DNA from: Savitreella phatthalungensis
Taxonomy: Eukaryota
Assembly: GCA_051599415.1 (NCBI GenBank)
Contig: AP039709.1
Location: 1-64,000, forward strand
DNA: 64,000 bases
Direction of reading: 5' to 3'
A model generated the notes under the pieces. The model worked only from the letters and a program-made list of their open reading frames with translations. It searched no databases and had not been told where the DNA came from. Shown here piece by piece: positions 28,676 through 38,163 of this stretch. A program made the position numbers and the translations under genes. Positions within the stretch are counted from its first letter, which is position 1; each line of letters starts with the position of its first letter.

Positions 28676-30121
28676 ATGTTTGTTGCGCGGAACTCGAGGC
28701 CTCGATTGGCCGCGAGAAGGCACTTCGGACCGGAAGTCCATCGCGATACTGACTATCCTCATCGGCTTTCCTTCTATAGCAGACCACCATTGTCGGAGAT
28801 TACTATAGAAGAATTCCAGACATGGGCGCTCGATCGGCTGATTGTCCTCGGCGAGCTCGAGGCCGCGCTTTACCGAAACAAGTCGCAGTCTGAGCTGACT
28901 ACCCTCGTCAGGGCTCTGGCCAATAAGTATTTGCCACTAAATCCTGAGACATCTTTAGGCAATAAGAGTCTACAGCTCGATGCCGAACGCAGGAAGGATC
29001 ACTATTCCCACTTCATCTTGCGACTTGCATTCTGCCGGTCGGAAGAATTGCGATCGCGTTTCATCCGAGCCGAGACGACACTGTTCAAGATCAGGTTTCA
29101 AGCGGAAGAAGCCACGGAGAGGCAAAGATTTCTGTACGCTCAACAGCTGGACTGGCAAGTCGTCTCTGAGGAGGAGTTCGCTGAGCTCCGTCACCACTTG
29201 ATGTCTCGCGCTCATGACCAGGGAAGCCAATCCACTACGGAACACGACACTTTCTTTAAAGTGCCCTGGGTGCGGGTACCAGACTTGATCAGCCAGCGTA
29301 AAGTCTATCTCAAAAACGGAATGGCCTATGTGCCGGCGGCTGAACAGCTGTCCCTTGTGTCCGCTGAATACGCAAAGCGCCTGGCAGCTGCCTTGGAGCA
29401 GACAGCCAGAGCTATGCCGCGACTGGACGAGGACGATAGACTGTTACCTATCCTCGAGCACCTTTCGAATGGATTTGTGGCCCCAGAATACAATGTTGCT
29501 GCAGGGCCTGATAACGATCATCGCATCACAGCTGCACAGGTTCCCGGTATGGTCAAGCACTTTCCTCTGTGCATGAGACATCTGCAGGACGGCTTGGCTC
29601 ACTCACGGCACTTGAAACACTTCGGACGGCTACAGTATGGAGCTTTTCTCAAAGGAATTGGTCTCGATGTTGACCAAGCCCTAATATTCTGGCGTACAAG
29701 CTTCTCTAATGTGACCGATGACAAGTTCAACAAGGAGTATCGCTATAACATTCGGCACACGTATGGCCTGGAAGGTAACAGACGTAATTACAAGCCAATG
29801 TCGTGCCAGCAGATTCTCACAGGCCCGAATCCAAGTGCAGGGGATTGCCACGGCTGCCCTTACAAGAGTTTCGGCGTAGATGCGCTCACAGCAGCGATCG
29901 AGCGTCTGGGCGTGCGAGACACGAAGGTGATCAGAGAGATACAGGACGCAGTCCAACACAGGCATTATCATCTTGCCTGTACGCGGGTTTTCGAAGCAAC
30001 ACATCCGTCAAGTGACCCTTCGAGCGCAACGCAACAAGAATCCATTTCTCATCCGAATCTCTATTTTGAACGCAGCCTCGCGACGAAACGCTCTGACATC
30101 GACGGTAAAAGCAGAACGTAG
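28676..30121 (+). CDS. PRI2: DNA primase large subunit
   Basis: RKDHYSHFILRLAFCRSEELR, and the Fe-S domain HFPLCMRHL..HLKHFGRLQ..YRYNIRHTYGLEG..HGCPY..HPNLYF. Confidence 0.97.
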   Translation: MFVARNSRPRLAARRHFGPEVHRDTDYPHRLSFYSRPPLSEITIEEFQTWALDRLIVLGELEAALYRNKSQSELTTLVRALANKYLPLNPETSLGNKSLQLDAERRKDHYSHFILRLAFCRSEELRSRFIRAETTLFKIRFQAEEATERQRFLYAQQLDWQVVSEEEFAELRHHLMSRAHDQGSQSTTEHDTFFKVPWVRVPDLISQRKVYLKNGMAYVPAAEQLSLVSAEYAKRLAAALEQTARAMPRLDEDDRLLPILEHLSNGFVAPEYNVAAGPDNDHRITAAQVPGMVKHFPLCMRHLQDGLAHSRHLKHFGRLQYGAFLKGIGLDVDQALIFWRTSFSNVTDDKFNKEYRYNIRHTYGLEGNRRNYKPMSCQQILTGPNPSAGDCHGCPYKSFGVDALTAAIERLGVRDTKVIREIQDAVQHRHYHLACTRVFEATHPSSDPSSATQQESISHPNLYFERSLATKRSDIDGKSRT

Positions 30122-30208
30122 TGACAGAACTCTTGCGCAAGGTCACAAGCAGCCTTGATGCAGCAGCGACCAGAATATGTACAAGAAAATGGCCGTGACT
30201 TAGCAGAC

Positions 30209-31591
30209 CTAAGCGTATAAATGACCCGGACTTTCCATGTATCGAGAGACCCGCTCGAGATATGCGCTCGCGGCCTCTGGATTCACGGACCCGTCGATAA
30301 AGGACAGCGAAGCTGTCATGTTTGCTTTGCACTGCGGAGCTCTGCACGGCGCCTGGATTGAGCCTGTAGTCTCATCCATAAGAAAGTCGAAAATATCCTG
30401 ATCAGCTGCGGCCGATCGAGGCGCAGCCTCATCATTCGAGAGTCTTAGTGACAGGCTGGCACTTCCGGGCGCGTTGCGTGGTAGAGGGATGACCCCTCCC
30501 TCAAAGTACTCTGCAATGTTCATCGACAGAGTCTCATTGTGAGGAGCCGAAGTCAAGGGCGATAAGAATGATGACTTGTTAGGTCTCAGACCGACGAGCT
30601 CGTCAAACAGCACGTCGTCTGCGGCTCGTGGTGGTAGGGCAAATTGCGGCAAATCCTCTAAAGCACGCTTTGCCGCGCGTGCGGCGAGAATCGTGATATC
30701 TGCGGGCATCCCTGTGTTCTCCTCGAAGCGCTCGGCTGCTAGTACGAGTTGTGTCAAATCAACGTTCTTGTGAAGCTCGATGGTCAATGGGCTGTTTCTA
30801 GCGATACGTGAAGACTCATCTGGTGCCATTGTCCTGGTGTTGTTTGTTTCGGATAGGTCAATGGGCGCCTTTTTGTGTTTGAGATCGATTTTAGACCTCT
30901 GCTCTATATCCTGCTTGAGCTGCGCAGTGGATTCTTTGCCGATCATTCCAACATGGGCAAGGACGTCGCCCTTGAGCAATCGACCTTTAGGGCCCGTGCC
31001 GGTGATTTTGCCGACGTCAGAGCTCGACAAATTGTGGTGATTCACGAGGACGAGCACTGATGGAAACAGTTGGGATCCGTCGTTGTTCAGCAGAAGAGCT
31101 TCCTGCTCATGAGACTCGGCTCCTGCTGATGTTGCTTGCACTTCATCCCCGGACGCAGTCTCTGTCGGCCGAGTTTTCTGCCCGTCTGGCTCAATCGCAT
31201 GGGCAACGCTCATTGATTGAGGAGGAAGCAACTCTAGATCATCGCCTTGTTCGGCCATGATGGCAATGTTGGTTCCGACTTTGACGGCTTTCGAGCCATC
31301 GGCGACCAAGACTTTGGCGAGGATGCCATCATCTTGTGCCTCAACATCCATTGTAGCTTTGTCGGTCTCTATCTCAAGCAGAACATCGCCCGCGCTGAAC
31401 TCGTCGCCTTCTTTCAGCGACCACCTGACCAGATTGCCTTCGGTCATCGTAGGGCTCATAGCAGGCATTGCGAAATTGGTCGCCGCGTGCCACTTCGTCG
31501 TAGACGTAATGCCCCTGATCAAACTTCGTTCTGGTGCCAGAATTCTCAAACTCAGCGCCGTTGCGCTCGAGCAGCATCGCAACAGAGACAT
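30209..31591 (-). CDS. PDX1: Pyruvate dehydrogenase complex protein X (E3-binding protein)
   Basis: Mitochondrial presequence, lipoyl domain MPAMSPTMTEG..EIETDKATMDVE, E3-binding GTGPKGRLLKGDVL and a degenerate catalytic domain. Confidence 0.9.
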   Translation of the reverse strand: MSLLRCCSSATALSLRILAPERSLIRGITSTTKWHAATNFAMPAMSPTMTEGNLVRWSLKEGDEFSAGDVLLEIETDKATMDVEAQDDGILAKVLVADGSKAVKVGTNIAIMAEQGDDLELLPPQSMSVAHAIEPDGQKTRPTETASGDEVQATSAGAESHEQEALLLNNDGSQLFPSVLVLVNHHNLSSSDVGKITGTGPKGRLLKGDVLAHVGMIGKESTAQLKQDIEQRSKIDLKHKKAPIDLSETNNTRTMAPDESSRIARNSPLTIELHKNVDLTQLVLAAERFEENTGMPADITILAARAAKRALEDLPQFALPPRAADDVLFDELVGLRPNKSSFLSPLTSAPHNETLSMNIAEYFEGGVIPLPRNAPGSASLSLRLSNDEAAPRSAAADQDIFDFLMDETTGSIQAPCRAPQCKANMTASLSFIDGSVNPEAASAYLERVSRYMESPGHLYA

Positions 31592-32038
31592 ACTAGCCGC
31601 TGTTGCAGGAAACCGGACGGCGCTTTTTCACTGATGCTCCAAGGGCTGCCGCACACTGTCGCAATTTACCACAAAAACTTGGTGGGATAAACCTTGGGCA
31701 GGCTGTGCAAAATAGTTTCGCCATCATCAAAGTCGAACGAGCTCTTTTTTATAAATTAAATTATGATGGGTGCATCGACTTTGATTTGGGCTGCAGCTTG
31801 GGGGTGGAGGCCGAACGTCAGTACGGAGCGCATCATTTCATGGAAATACTTCCCGCGGAATTGATCGAATATGTCTATCTCTAGGACGACGAATGGTCAG
31901 GACGTCTCGCGGCTCAACGCACGGAGCAGTTACACTGTCCTGTCTGCACATCGCTTGATTGCCCGTACACAAGGGCCGACTTCTGGAACCAAAGTAACTC
32001 GTGTTTTCATTTTCAAATACGAGCCAGCTTGACCTACA

Positions 32039-32550
32039 ATGGCGAGATCCTTCGAAGTGATCGAAAACATAGTGGCCGCGTCTCCTGCATTCGACACAGA
32101 TCTCCAGTCGTTGCACTATCGCATAACTTTGCTTAAGCCCTCCAGCAGCGTCATTGTTTGGGCTCGAGGGATTCCCCCTGGCGAAGAAACAAGTCGGTGC
32201 ACCCGCTTCAATTTAGCCGACATGGCTGTGGCCATGCAGACAGGGGTAAGCTTTTCGGCACTATGCGTTTCTCAGCGACTAACGATCGAGCTAGTCCATG
32301 ACTAGCGCGAGCAGCGTCATCGGATTCAGCTCTTACAGTGAAAGACTGGCAGCTCTTCTCGGTAAATTCCATGTCGCGTGCCCCGACTGTTCTTTCGACT
32401 GACGGATATCTGCTAGCTAAGCGGCATAGACGCCAGTTCTTTGTGACACTGGACACATTCTCCTTGACCGGCGAATTGCCCCGTGAACAGCTTCTGCGAC
32501 AAGTCGCACAAACGGTAAGCGAGGTATTACCTAGGGATTTGTCTTCCTGA
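32039..32550 (+). CDS. Proteasome assembly chaperone 4 (PAC4/PSMG4)-like; exons 32039-32245, 32295-32361, 32417-32550
   Basis: Introns GTAAGC..CTAAC..TAG (49 nt) and GTAAAT..CTGAC..TAG (55 nt) join a 135-aa frame containing SVIVWA, LADMAVAM and SERLAALLAKRHRRQFFVTLD. Confidence 0.75.
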
Positions 32551-33195
32551 ACATCTCGTTCATGATTGCCGGTCCGCCAAGAAAGGCTCCGCGCCGATCC
32601 AGCAGATACCCTATCAGCTGCTTGCGCCGGAGCAACTGGACATAACTGCCACCAATCGAGGTATCGGCTGCATCACTCGGACCCAGTTCGCGTCGCACAT
32701 ATAGATCGGACAGCGGTACGCGCTGAGCCTTGCCGTGCGTGGATTTGAGGAATCCTGTATGGATCATCGCGGTCTTGCCATCGTGCATCACGTCTATCCG
32801 CTTTATGACACTGTATCCAGTCAGCTGCGGCCATAATACGCGTGGAATCCGGCTCACCGTCTTGACACTGCCATGAACGCGGTCGTGATGCATAGGCCGA
32901 TGCCGGCAAGCAAAGCGCTATAGATAGCTCGCGTTTGCTGAGGCGCCTTTTCGTAACGGACTTTCGTTTGATCCTCAGTGACTTGAATGCTGTATCGCTC
33001 ATAGGTCCATGATGCTAGGTTTCCCCAGAACAGAAGATTGACACCTGCCAGACCCCAAACCAGTGACGCGAGATCGAGCTTGCCAGGCGAGAGGTAGATT
33101 GTATGATTGTTCCCCGGTAAACGGTGTCTGCGTAAATCCACCGCGAGCGCCCGCGCGCTCTTACCCGACGATATCGCAGCACATTTCAGACTCAT
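32531..33195 (-). CDS. TMEM223-like mitochondrial membrane protein; exons 33195-32858 and 32810-32531
   Basis: The 47-nt intron GTGAGC..CTGAC..CAG fuses two ORFs into 205 aa with two TM helices, SRRVIKRIDV and the C-terminal YLLDRRGAF. Confidence 0.72.
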
Positions 33196-33306
33196 GGTGG
33201 TAGTCAACTTCTAAGGTATCGTCCCCAAAAGTTTCCCGTACAAATTATTTCGAGTATATCGGGACAACGTCACGGAATCCAGTTCTCCCGCCATGTCGCC
33301 AAGCGC

Positions 33307-34440
33307 ATGTCGGGCGAGAATAAAGGAAATGCACTCAGCCGTCTGGAGGAGCTACTCGAGTACGATTGCAACGTCTTCATTGATGCATTGCTAGAGCAAT
33401 TCAAGGTCGGGCGGAACGGGCGTGACGATGTCATGCTACAAATGCGCGTACCAGTGTGTAAAGCTCGGCGGTTCGATTCGAAGATCATCCTCACAGCTGA
33501 CCTAGGTGGCACCTGGTTGCGCACGGCGCGCCATTCCTGGCTGGTTCCTGATCATTATCGTTGCGGTCACGCGGAAGTCCTTTTCGATTGGATCGTGGCG
33601 AGGCTTTCAGAGCACATCAGTCGGCAGCAGGAGGTGCTCGTTGCGCTCGCATTTAGCTATCCTATGCGCCAGGCTGACGCACTTGATGGCTTGATCGTAG
33701 ACATGGGTAAGGGCTATGCGCTCAACTTCGTGGGTTCCGGTAAGTCAATCGCCGGGCTTTTCAATGACGCATGCGTCCGGCTTGGATCTTCCTTACGATT
33801 GGCTGCCGTGGTCAACGATAGCATAGTAGCTCTGCTTGATCCAGTGAAGCACCCTGCCATCAGCTTGGTGATGGGCACCGGCTGTAATTGCAGCTTCTCG
33901 GATTTTTGCAACGAAGGGCAGGTCATCGCGACCAATGTAGAGCTTTCACTCTTTGGTCGGGGTATCATGCCAGCGACATCGTTCGATCGCAGTCTTGACC
34001 TTGAATCGTCAAGGCCCGGCTTCCAGACCTTCGAGCAATTCGTCGCGTGTCGCCATCTCGTGCGCTTGTCGCAGCTCGCTTTGGTCGCTGCCGGTCTGAA
34101 CTCGGAGGCAATAGCTTTGAATGTCGACACCTTTGTACAACACATTGCCCATCAAACTGACATTGTGGCAAATGTCTGTATGCTTTTCGCGCGGCGCGCT
34201 GCTCGTATACTCGCTGCAGCTATGCTTTGCGTTCACGATCTACAGGGTAACGAATCTGGAGCAATCATAGCTTGCAGTGGGTCGTTCTTCGGGCGCAGCC
34301 AGCGATTTCTCCAGCTTTGTCAAGAGGAGCTCGATGCGCTCTACACGCATCGCGGGCGTTCAAACGCTCCACGATACGAATTTCGTAGCGAGCAAGAGTT
34401 GCATCGCGGCCTTGAGTCACTTGCAGCAGCGGTGTCCTAG
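33307..34440 (+). CDS. Divergent hexokinase-family protein (GlcNAc-kinase-like subgroup)
   Basis: DLGGTWLR, AFSYPMRQ, MGKGY, VVNDS, MGTGCN, NVELSLFG and RPGFQTFEQ. Confidence 0.8.
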   Translation: MSGENKGNALSRLEELLEYDCNVFIDALLEQFKVGRNGRDDVMLQMRVPVCKARRFDSKIILTADLGGTWLRTARHSWLVPDHYRCGHAEVLFDWIVARLSEHISRQQEVLVALAFSYPMRQADALDGLIVDMGKGYALNFVGSGKSIAGLFNDACVRLGSSLRLAAVVNDSIVALLDPVKHPAISLVMGTGCNCSFSDFCNEGQVIATNVELSLFGRGIMPATSFDRSLDLESSRPGFQTFEQFVACRHLVRLSQLALVAAGLNSEAIALNVDTFVQHIAHQTDIVANVCMLFARRAARILAAAMLCVHDLQGNESGAIIACSGSFFGRSQRFLQLCQEELDALYTHRGRSNAPRYEFRSEQELHRGLESLAAAVS

Positions 34441-34480
34441 TTTGTAGTCCTCGGCATCGCTATGTATGGTATCTCCCGAC

Positions 34481-35788
34481 TCATTCTGCGCTGATTGGCT
34501 CGAATTCTGGCGTCGTTGCAACATTTAGTACGTTGAGTTGTTCCCGTGATGGACCTGAATTCTCTCGTGCGGAGCTGCTCAAGCGCTCTAGACGGAGGTC
34601 AGCCCGTTTGACGGCCATTCTGAAGAGTGCCGCCTCGACCGTCACAATGAAATCGACAGGCGGCTTCTGTTCGAGCTCAGGCAACAAGATCAGGACGCCA
34701 GCCATGCAGTCAATGGACCAGGCGGGCAAATCTTCGGAGAAGATCAATCCGGCAAGTTCGCGTTCGAGAGTCATTCGAGTTATGGACATCGTAGCAGCGA
34801 ACCGGTCAAGCGATACCTGCGTGAATGCCTTGCAATACTGGATAATAGCATTGCGGCGTATCATGCTTTGCAAGGTCGTAACGTGCAGTACTGCGAATGG
34901 AATGAGTCTCAACCTCTCGAGCACGATTTCGAGCCTCGCGAGGCATGCCGCATACTCGCCGCGCTGGAAGGCCAGCATTGCCTCTCTGCCATCAATCGAG
35001 AGTTCCAAGTATGGCTTGTAGGTAGGCAGCCTGACGAGCCTTGACATAGCGGCACGATCAGACGTAGCTAGAGTCAGAACTGCCGTGAGGTCTGCTATGT
35101 CACGCATGGTGACCAATTCGTTGAGATGTCCGCTCAACTTGATCGTTAAGTTCGAGAACGAGCGTGCCGCAGCCTGATATTGGCGTTGCCCGAGTTGTCC
35201 AATTGCTGCAGCACAGCGAATCACTTCTCGCATCACATCATCGTGCTCGAGACCGGCCTGAGTTGCGCTCTCGACGATAGATTCGAGTTTCGTTGTCGAG
35301 CTAAGCGCCTGTGCCCAGCTGGCTTGGAGCAAGGCAATTTTTGTCATGTCGAGATATGTATGAAAGACCTGGAGTGCGGTCGTGCAATAGTCCCTGTTCC
35401 GAGCCAGCACTTTGAGGGCCGTTTCAAGATCGCCACATCGCCAGAGATGGCGGGCCAGATCTTGCTGACCCATCCTTATAGACTCCTTGATGAGGTTGTT
35501 TTTGTAAGCTCTGACTTCCGTCTCCAACTTGTCTGTTGTACTTTCCTGTAGTGCCCTGAGACGCTCTTCGATCTTTGTGTCGTAATCGACCATTCGCCTG
35601 CCGGTCGAAAGCATGTTTCCGATTGACACGTAGGCTCGCCAATCGAAGGTCTCCTCCGCGATAATTCGCAGCGCAAGGGCAAGAGCTTCATCACGCTGGT
35701 CATCATTGCTCTCGGCCCGCAAGAGCAAGCGAAGTATCTTTATACGACCGCAATAACCAGAAATATCCTCGGTCAAAGAGAACGCCAT
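34481..35788 (-). CDS. CSN1: COP9 signalosome subunit 1
   Basis: YKNNLIKESIRMGQQDL and RNRDYCTT, with a C-terminal PCI domain. Confidence 0.92.
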   Translation of the reverse strand: MAFSLTEDISGYCGRIKILRLLLRAESNDDQRDEALALALRIIAEETFDWRAYVSIGNMLSTGRRMVDYDTKIEERLRALQESTTDKLETEVRAYKNNLIKESIRMGQQDLARHLWRCGDLETALKVLARNRDYCTTALQVFHTYLDMTKIALLQASWAQALSSTTKLESIVESATQAGLEHDDVMREVIRCAAAIGQLGQRQYQAAARSFSNLTIKLSGHLNELVTMRDIADLTAVLTLATSDRAAMSRLVRLPTYKPYLELSIDGREAMLAFQRGEYAACLARLEIVLERLRLIPFAVLHVTTLQSMIRRNAIIQYCKAFTQVSLDRFAATMSITRMTLERELAGLIFSEDLPAWSIDCMAGVLILLPELEQKPPVDFIVTVEAALFRMAVKRADLRLERLSSSARENSGPSREQLNVLNVATTPEFEPISAE

Positions 35789-36415
35789 CCTGACTTCGTG
35801 CTTTACGGTGGATGCCAGACGTCTGGATAATTCTATAATACTTGAGATTTGCCAAGCTCGCCTGAGGTCGCTTCACCTGATGTCACGCATCATCTCATTG
35901 AGGTCACCTGAGGTCACCTGGTCACCCGACGTGTTGTCGAGGTCACCTCACCTGGTTGTGGTCATCGTCTAGCGGCGGCTCCACTTAGGCTTTTACGTTT
36001 GGCTTCAAACCATCTGCATAAAGAATTTATATGTAAATATATATGTCTATATATACCAACTACATACGTGTACAGTTATACGTATGGCACGTGCCAAACG
36101 TGCAAACACCCATATGTGACATATGTTGGCACAAATCGAAATTACAGACTGGCGTTCCATGTAGCCCACGAGCGGTGGGGAGCTACAAGACTCAGAAACA
36201 GCCTGACCGAGGACAGCGCGCGACTGAGGCGCACAGAGTATCTCGGATCTGTCAATCATGGCACATGTGCAATCGCTATGGGCTCTTGAATATACTCATC
36301 CGGCTAAGTCTTGTCCGTGATGGCGCTGCCAAAGCCGATGAGTATCGGACCTGCTCGGAGCGGATCCACACTCCGACACAGGCAGCACCAGAGGCTCTCT
36401 CAGACAGGATCAGCC

Positions 36416-37870
36416 CTAGTTTCGTGTACGGGGAAGGACTGAGATGTCTATCTCGCATTCATAATCAAAGGTGGATGGCTGCTCTGGGTGTATATAATTG
36501 TGTCTCCCATAGCGAGCCTGCGTAGATGGCAGATCATCTGCATTGGAAAGCGCAAATTGCAGCGTCAGACAGTGCTTGAGAGAAACAAGCGATGTGGCAA
36601 AGCTTGGTGGGGTGAGGGTGGGGACAATCAGCTCGAATGGAGCGATTTCTTTGTCGACAGTGCTTTGACGAGATGTCCGAACAAGCTTGCGTCTATGAGC
36701 GCCTGCAGTTGAGGCGCTCGAGTTCGGTATCTCAATGCTGTAGAGCGTCGCTGTGAGATAGACACAATGCATTGCCGCAGAAGTTCCGCCGAAGATGGCT
36801 TTAGCGAAAAGCGTGTCGCCCGCGCAGAGAATACTGCGATCAAGCACAAGCTGGCCAATTGCTCGCCCTTTGTAGCCGAGATCGAATCTGAGCGGAGCGC
36901 TCCGCGCTGCTTGAAATGCACGCTCAAGGGCCAGACGATTAGCCTTGTTTTCGTTTATGCCGATTTCAGTCTCTTCAGACGGTAATGCTCGTCCTTCGGT
37001 CAAAGCCAGGATGATACGCGAGACCCTCGCTCTGTGCACAATATGTTCCGCCGATTCGGAACTGGATGACTGCTGAGACCGATCGCTTGTCCAGACGTGC
37101 GGACTGTGGAAGTCGTAACTCTGCAAAATTCCTGTCAGACTACCAGCTATGCGCAGAGGCGCCTCAGTTGTGCAGAGTGTACGATCAGCGTACTGCACCA
37201 CTACAGCTAGCCGGTAGCTTATTTTCACCAGATGGCCTAAGAAGCTGGGTGGCAGAACGTCTGGTAGGGCGACTCGATATGTCAAGATCGTCGGTCGATC
37301 AACCGCGACCTCGAAATTGATACCTAGGACGGATTGTACTGTTGTCAGAACAGGAATCGCATTAGACGTATGGTTGGAATGTCGGTCGGCAAGCGATGAC
37401 GCGGACTCCGACACGACCAGGGATCTCAAACCTCCCAGGACTCTCTCTGCTGCCGTTGGGAATGTTTTGGTAAGAAAGCTGCCAGCAGCTAGCTCAGCAG
37501 AGCTGCCGATCAGCGCTAATTGCTCAAGACCGGTGCTCTTAAGCAAGCTTTTCTCAACCACGGCTGTGCCAGTTATGTACGCACAAGCCATCATCAGCTG
37601 CATGCGAGGACTTTGCAGAAAGTCCCCATTAGAGCTCTCGATTTGCGTCTCCGCGAGTTCTTGAACATCGACCAGTGAAATCCGTCTCGTGTGGGGGGGA
37701 CGCACGTCTGATGACATTGGGCGTTGTGGAAGGCGAGACCGTACATGCTGTGCTGCAGAAGAAGTTGATGCCTTTCGATCTACATGGCGACAGCTCAGCT
37801 TAATTTGAGCGACGAGCGCATCCGAAGGCAAGTATCGTTCTTTGTCGACTTCTACCTGAACATCGAGCAT
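36416..37870 (-). CDS. RGP1: Rgp1-like protein (Ric1-Rgp1 GEF for Ypt6)
   Basis: LMMACAYITG, IPVLTTVQSVLGIN, LPDVLPPSFLG..KISY and TPPSFATSLVSL. Start placed at MLDVQVEV by family resemblance; the ORF is open to 38083. Confidence 0.75.
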   Translation of the reverse strand: MLDVQVEVDKERYLPSDALVAQIKLSCRHVDRKASTSSAAQHVRSRLPQRPMSSDVRPPHTRRISLVDVQELAETQIESSNGDFLQSPRMQLMMACAYITGTAVVEKSLLKSTGLEQLALIGSSAELAAGSFLTKTFPTAAERVLGGLRSLVVSESASSLADRHSNHTSNAIPVLTTVQSVLGINFEVAVDRPTILTYRVALPDVLPPSFLGHLVKISYRLAVVVQYADRTLCTTEAPLRIAGSLTGILQSYDFHSPHVWTSDRSQQSSSSESAEHIVHRARVSRIILALTEGRALPSEETEIGINENKANRLALERAFQAARSAPLRFDLGYKGRAIGQLVLDRSILCAGDTLFAKAIFGGTSAAMHCVYLTATLYSIEIPNSSASTAGAHRRKLVRTSRQSTVDKEIAPFELIVPTLTPPSFATSLVSLKHCLTLQFALSNADDLPSTQARYGRHNYIHPEQPSTFDYECEIDISVLPRTRN

Positions 37871-38163
37871 GGGGATGTGATGTTGCCAATTCAGGACGCA
37901 CTTTCGAGTGGCATGCGGCATCAACATGCATGCATCCTGCGCGCTTTGGCAACCGAATCTTTTCGAGCGGCTCCCAGATAAACAAACCAAATCGAGCGCA
38001 TGCAATTCTGTTGTGTCAACGGCCCTACACTTTATTTCACGAGAAGCATCCAGAACTGGCACGTCACGACGACTCGGGCGCATCGTAGGTCGAGCCTAGT
38101 GCAAGCGCCGATCTCCTTCTCGTCGCCCACGCCTAGACGCATTATTTCAATCTCGATCGAGCA

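Noticed and set aside
32531..33207. Programmed frameshift or pseudogene suggested by overlapping ORFs
   Set aside because: Fully explained by a canonical 47-nt intron.
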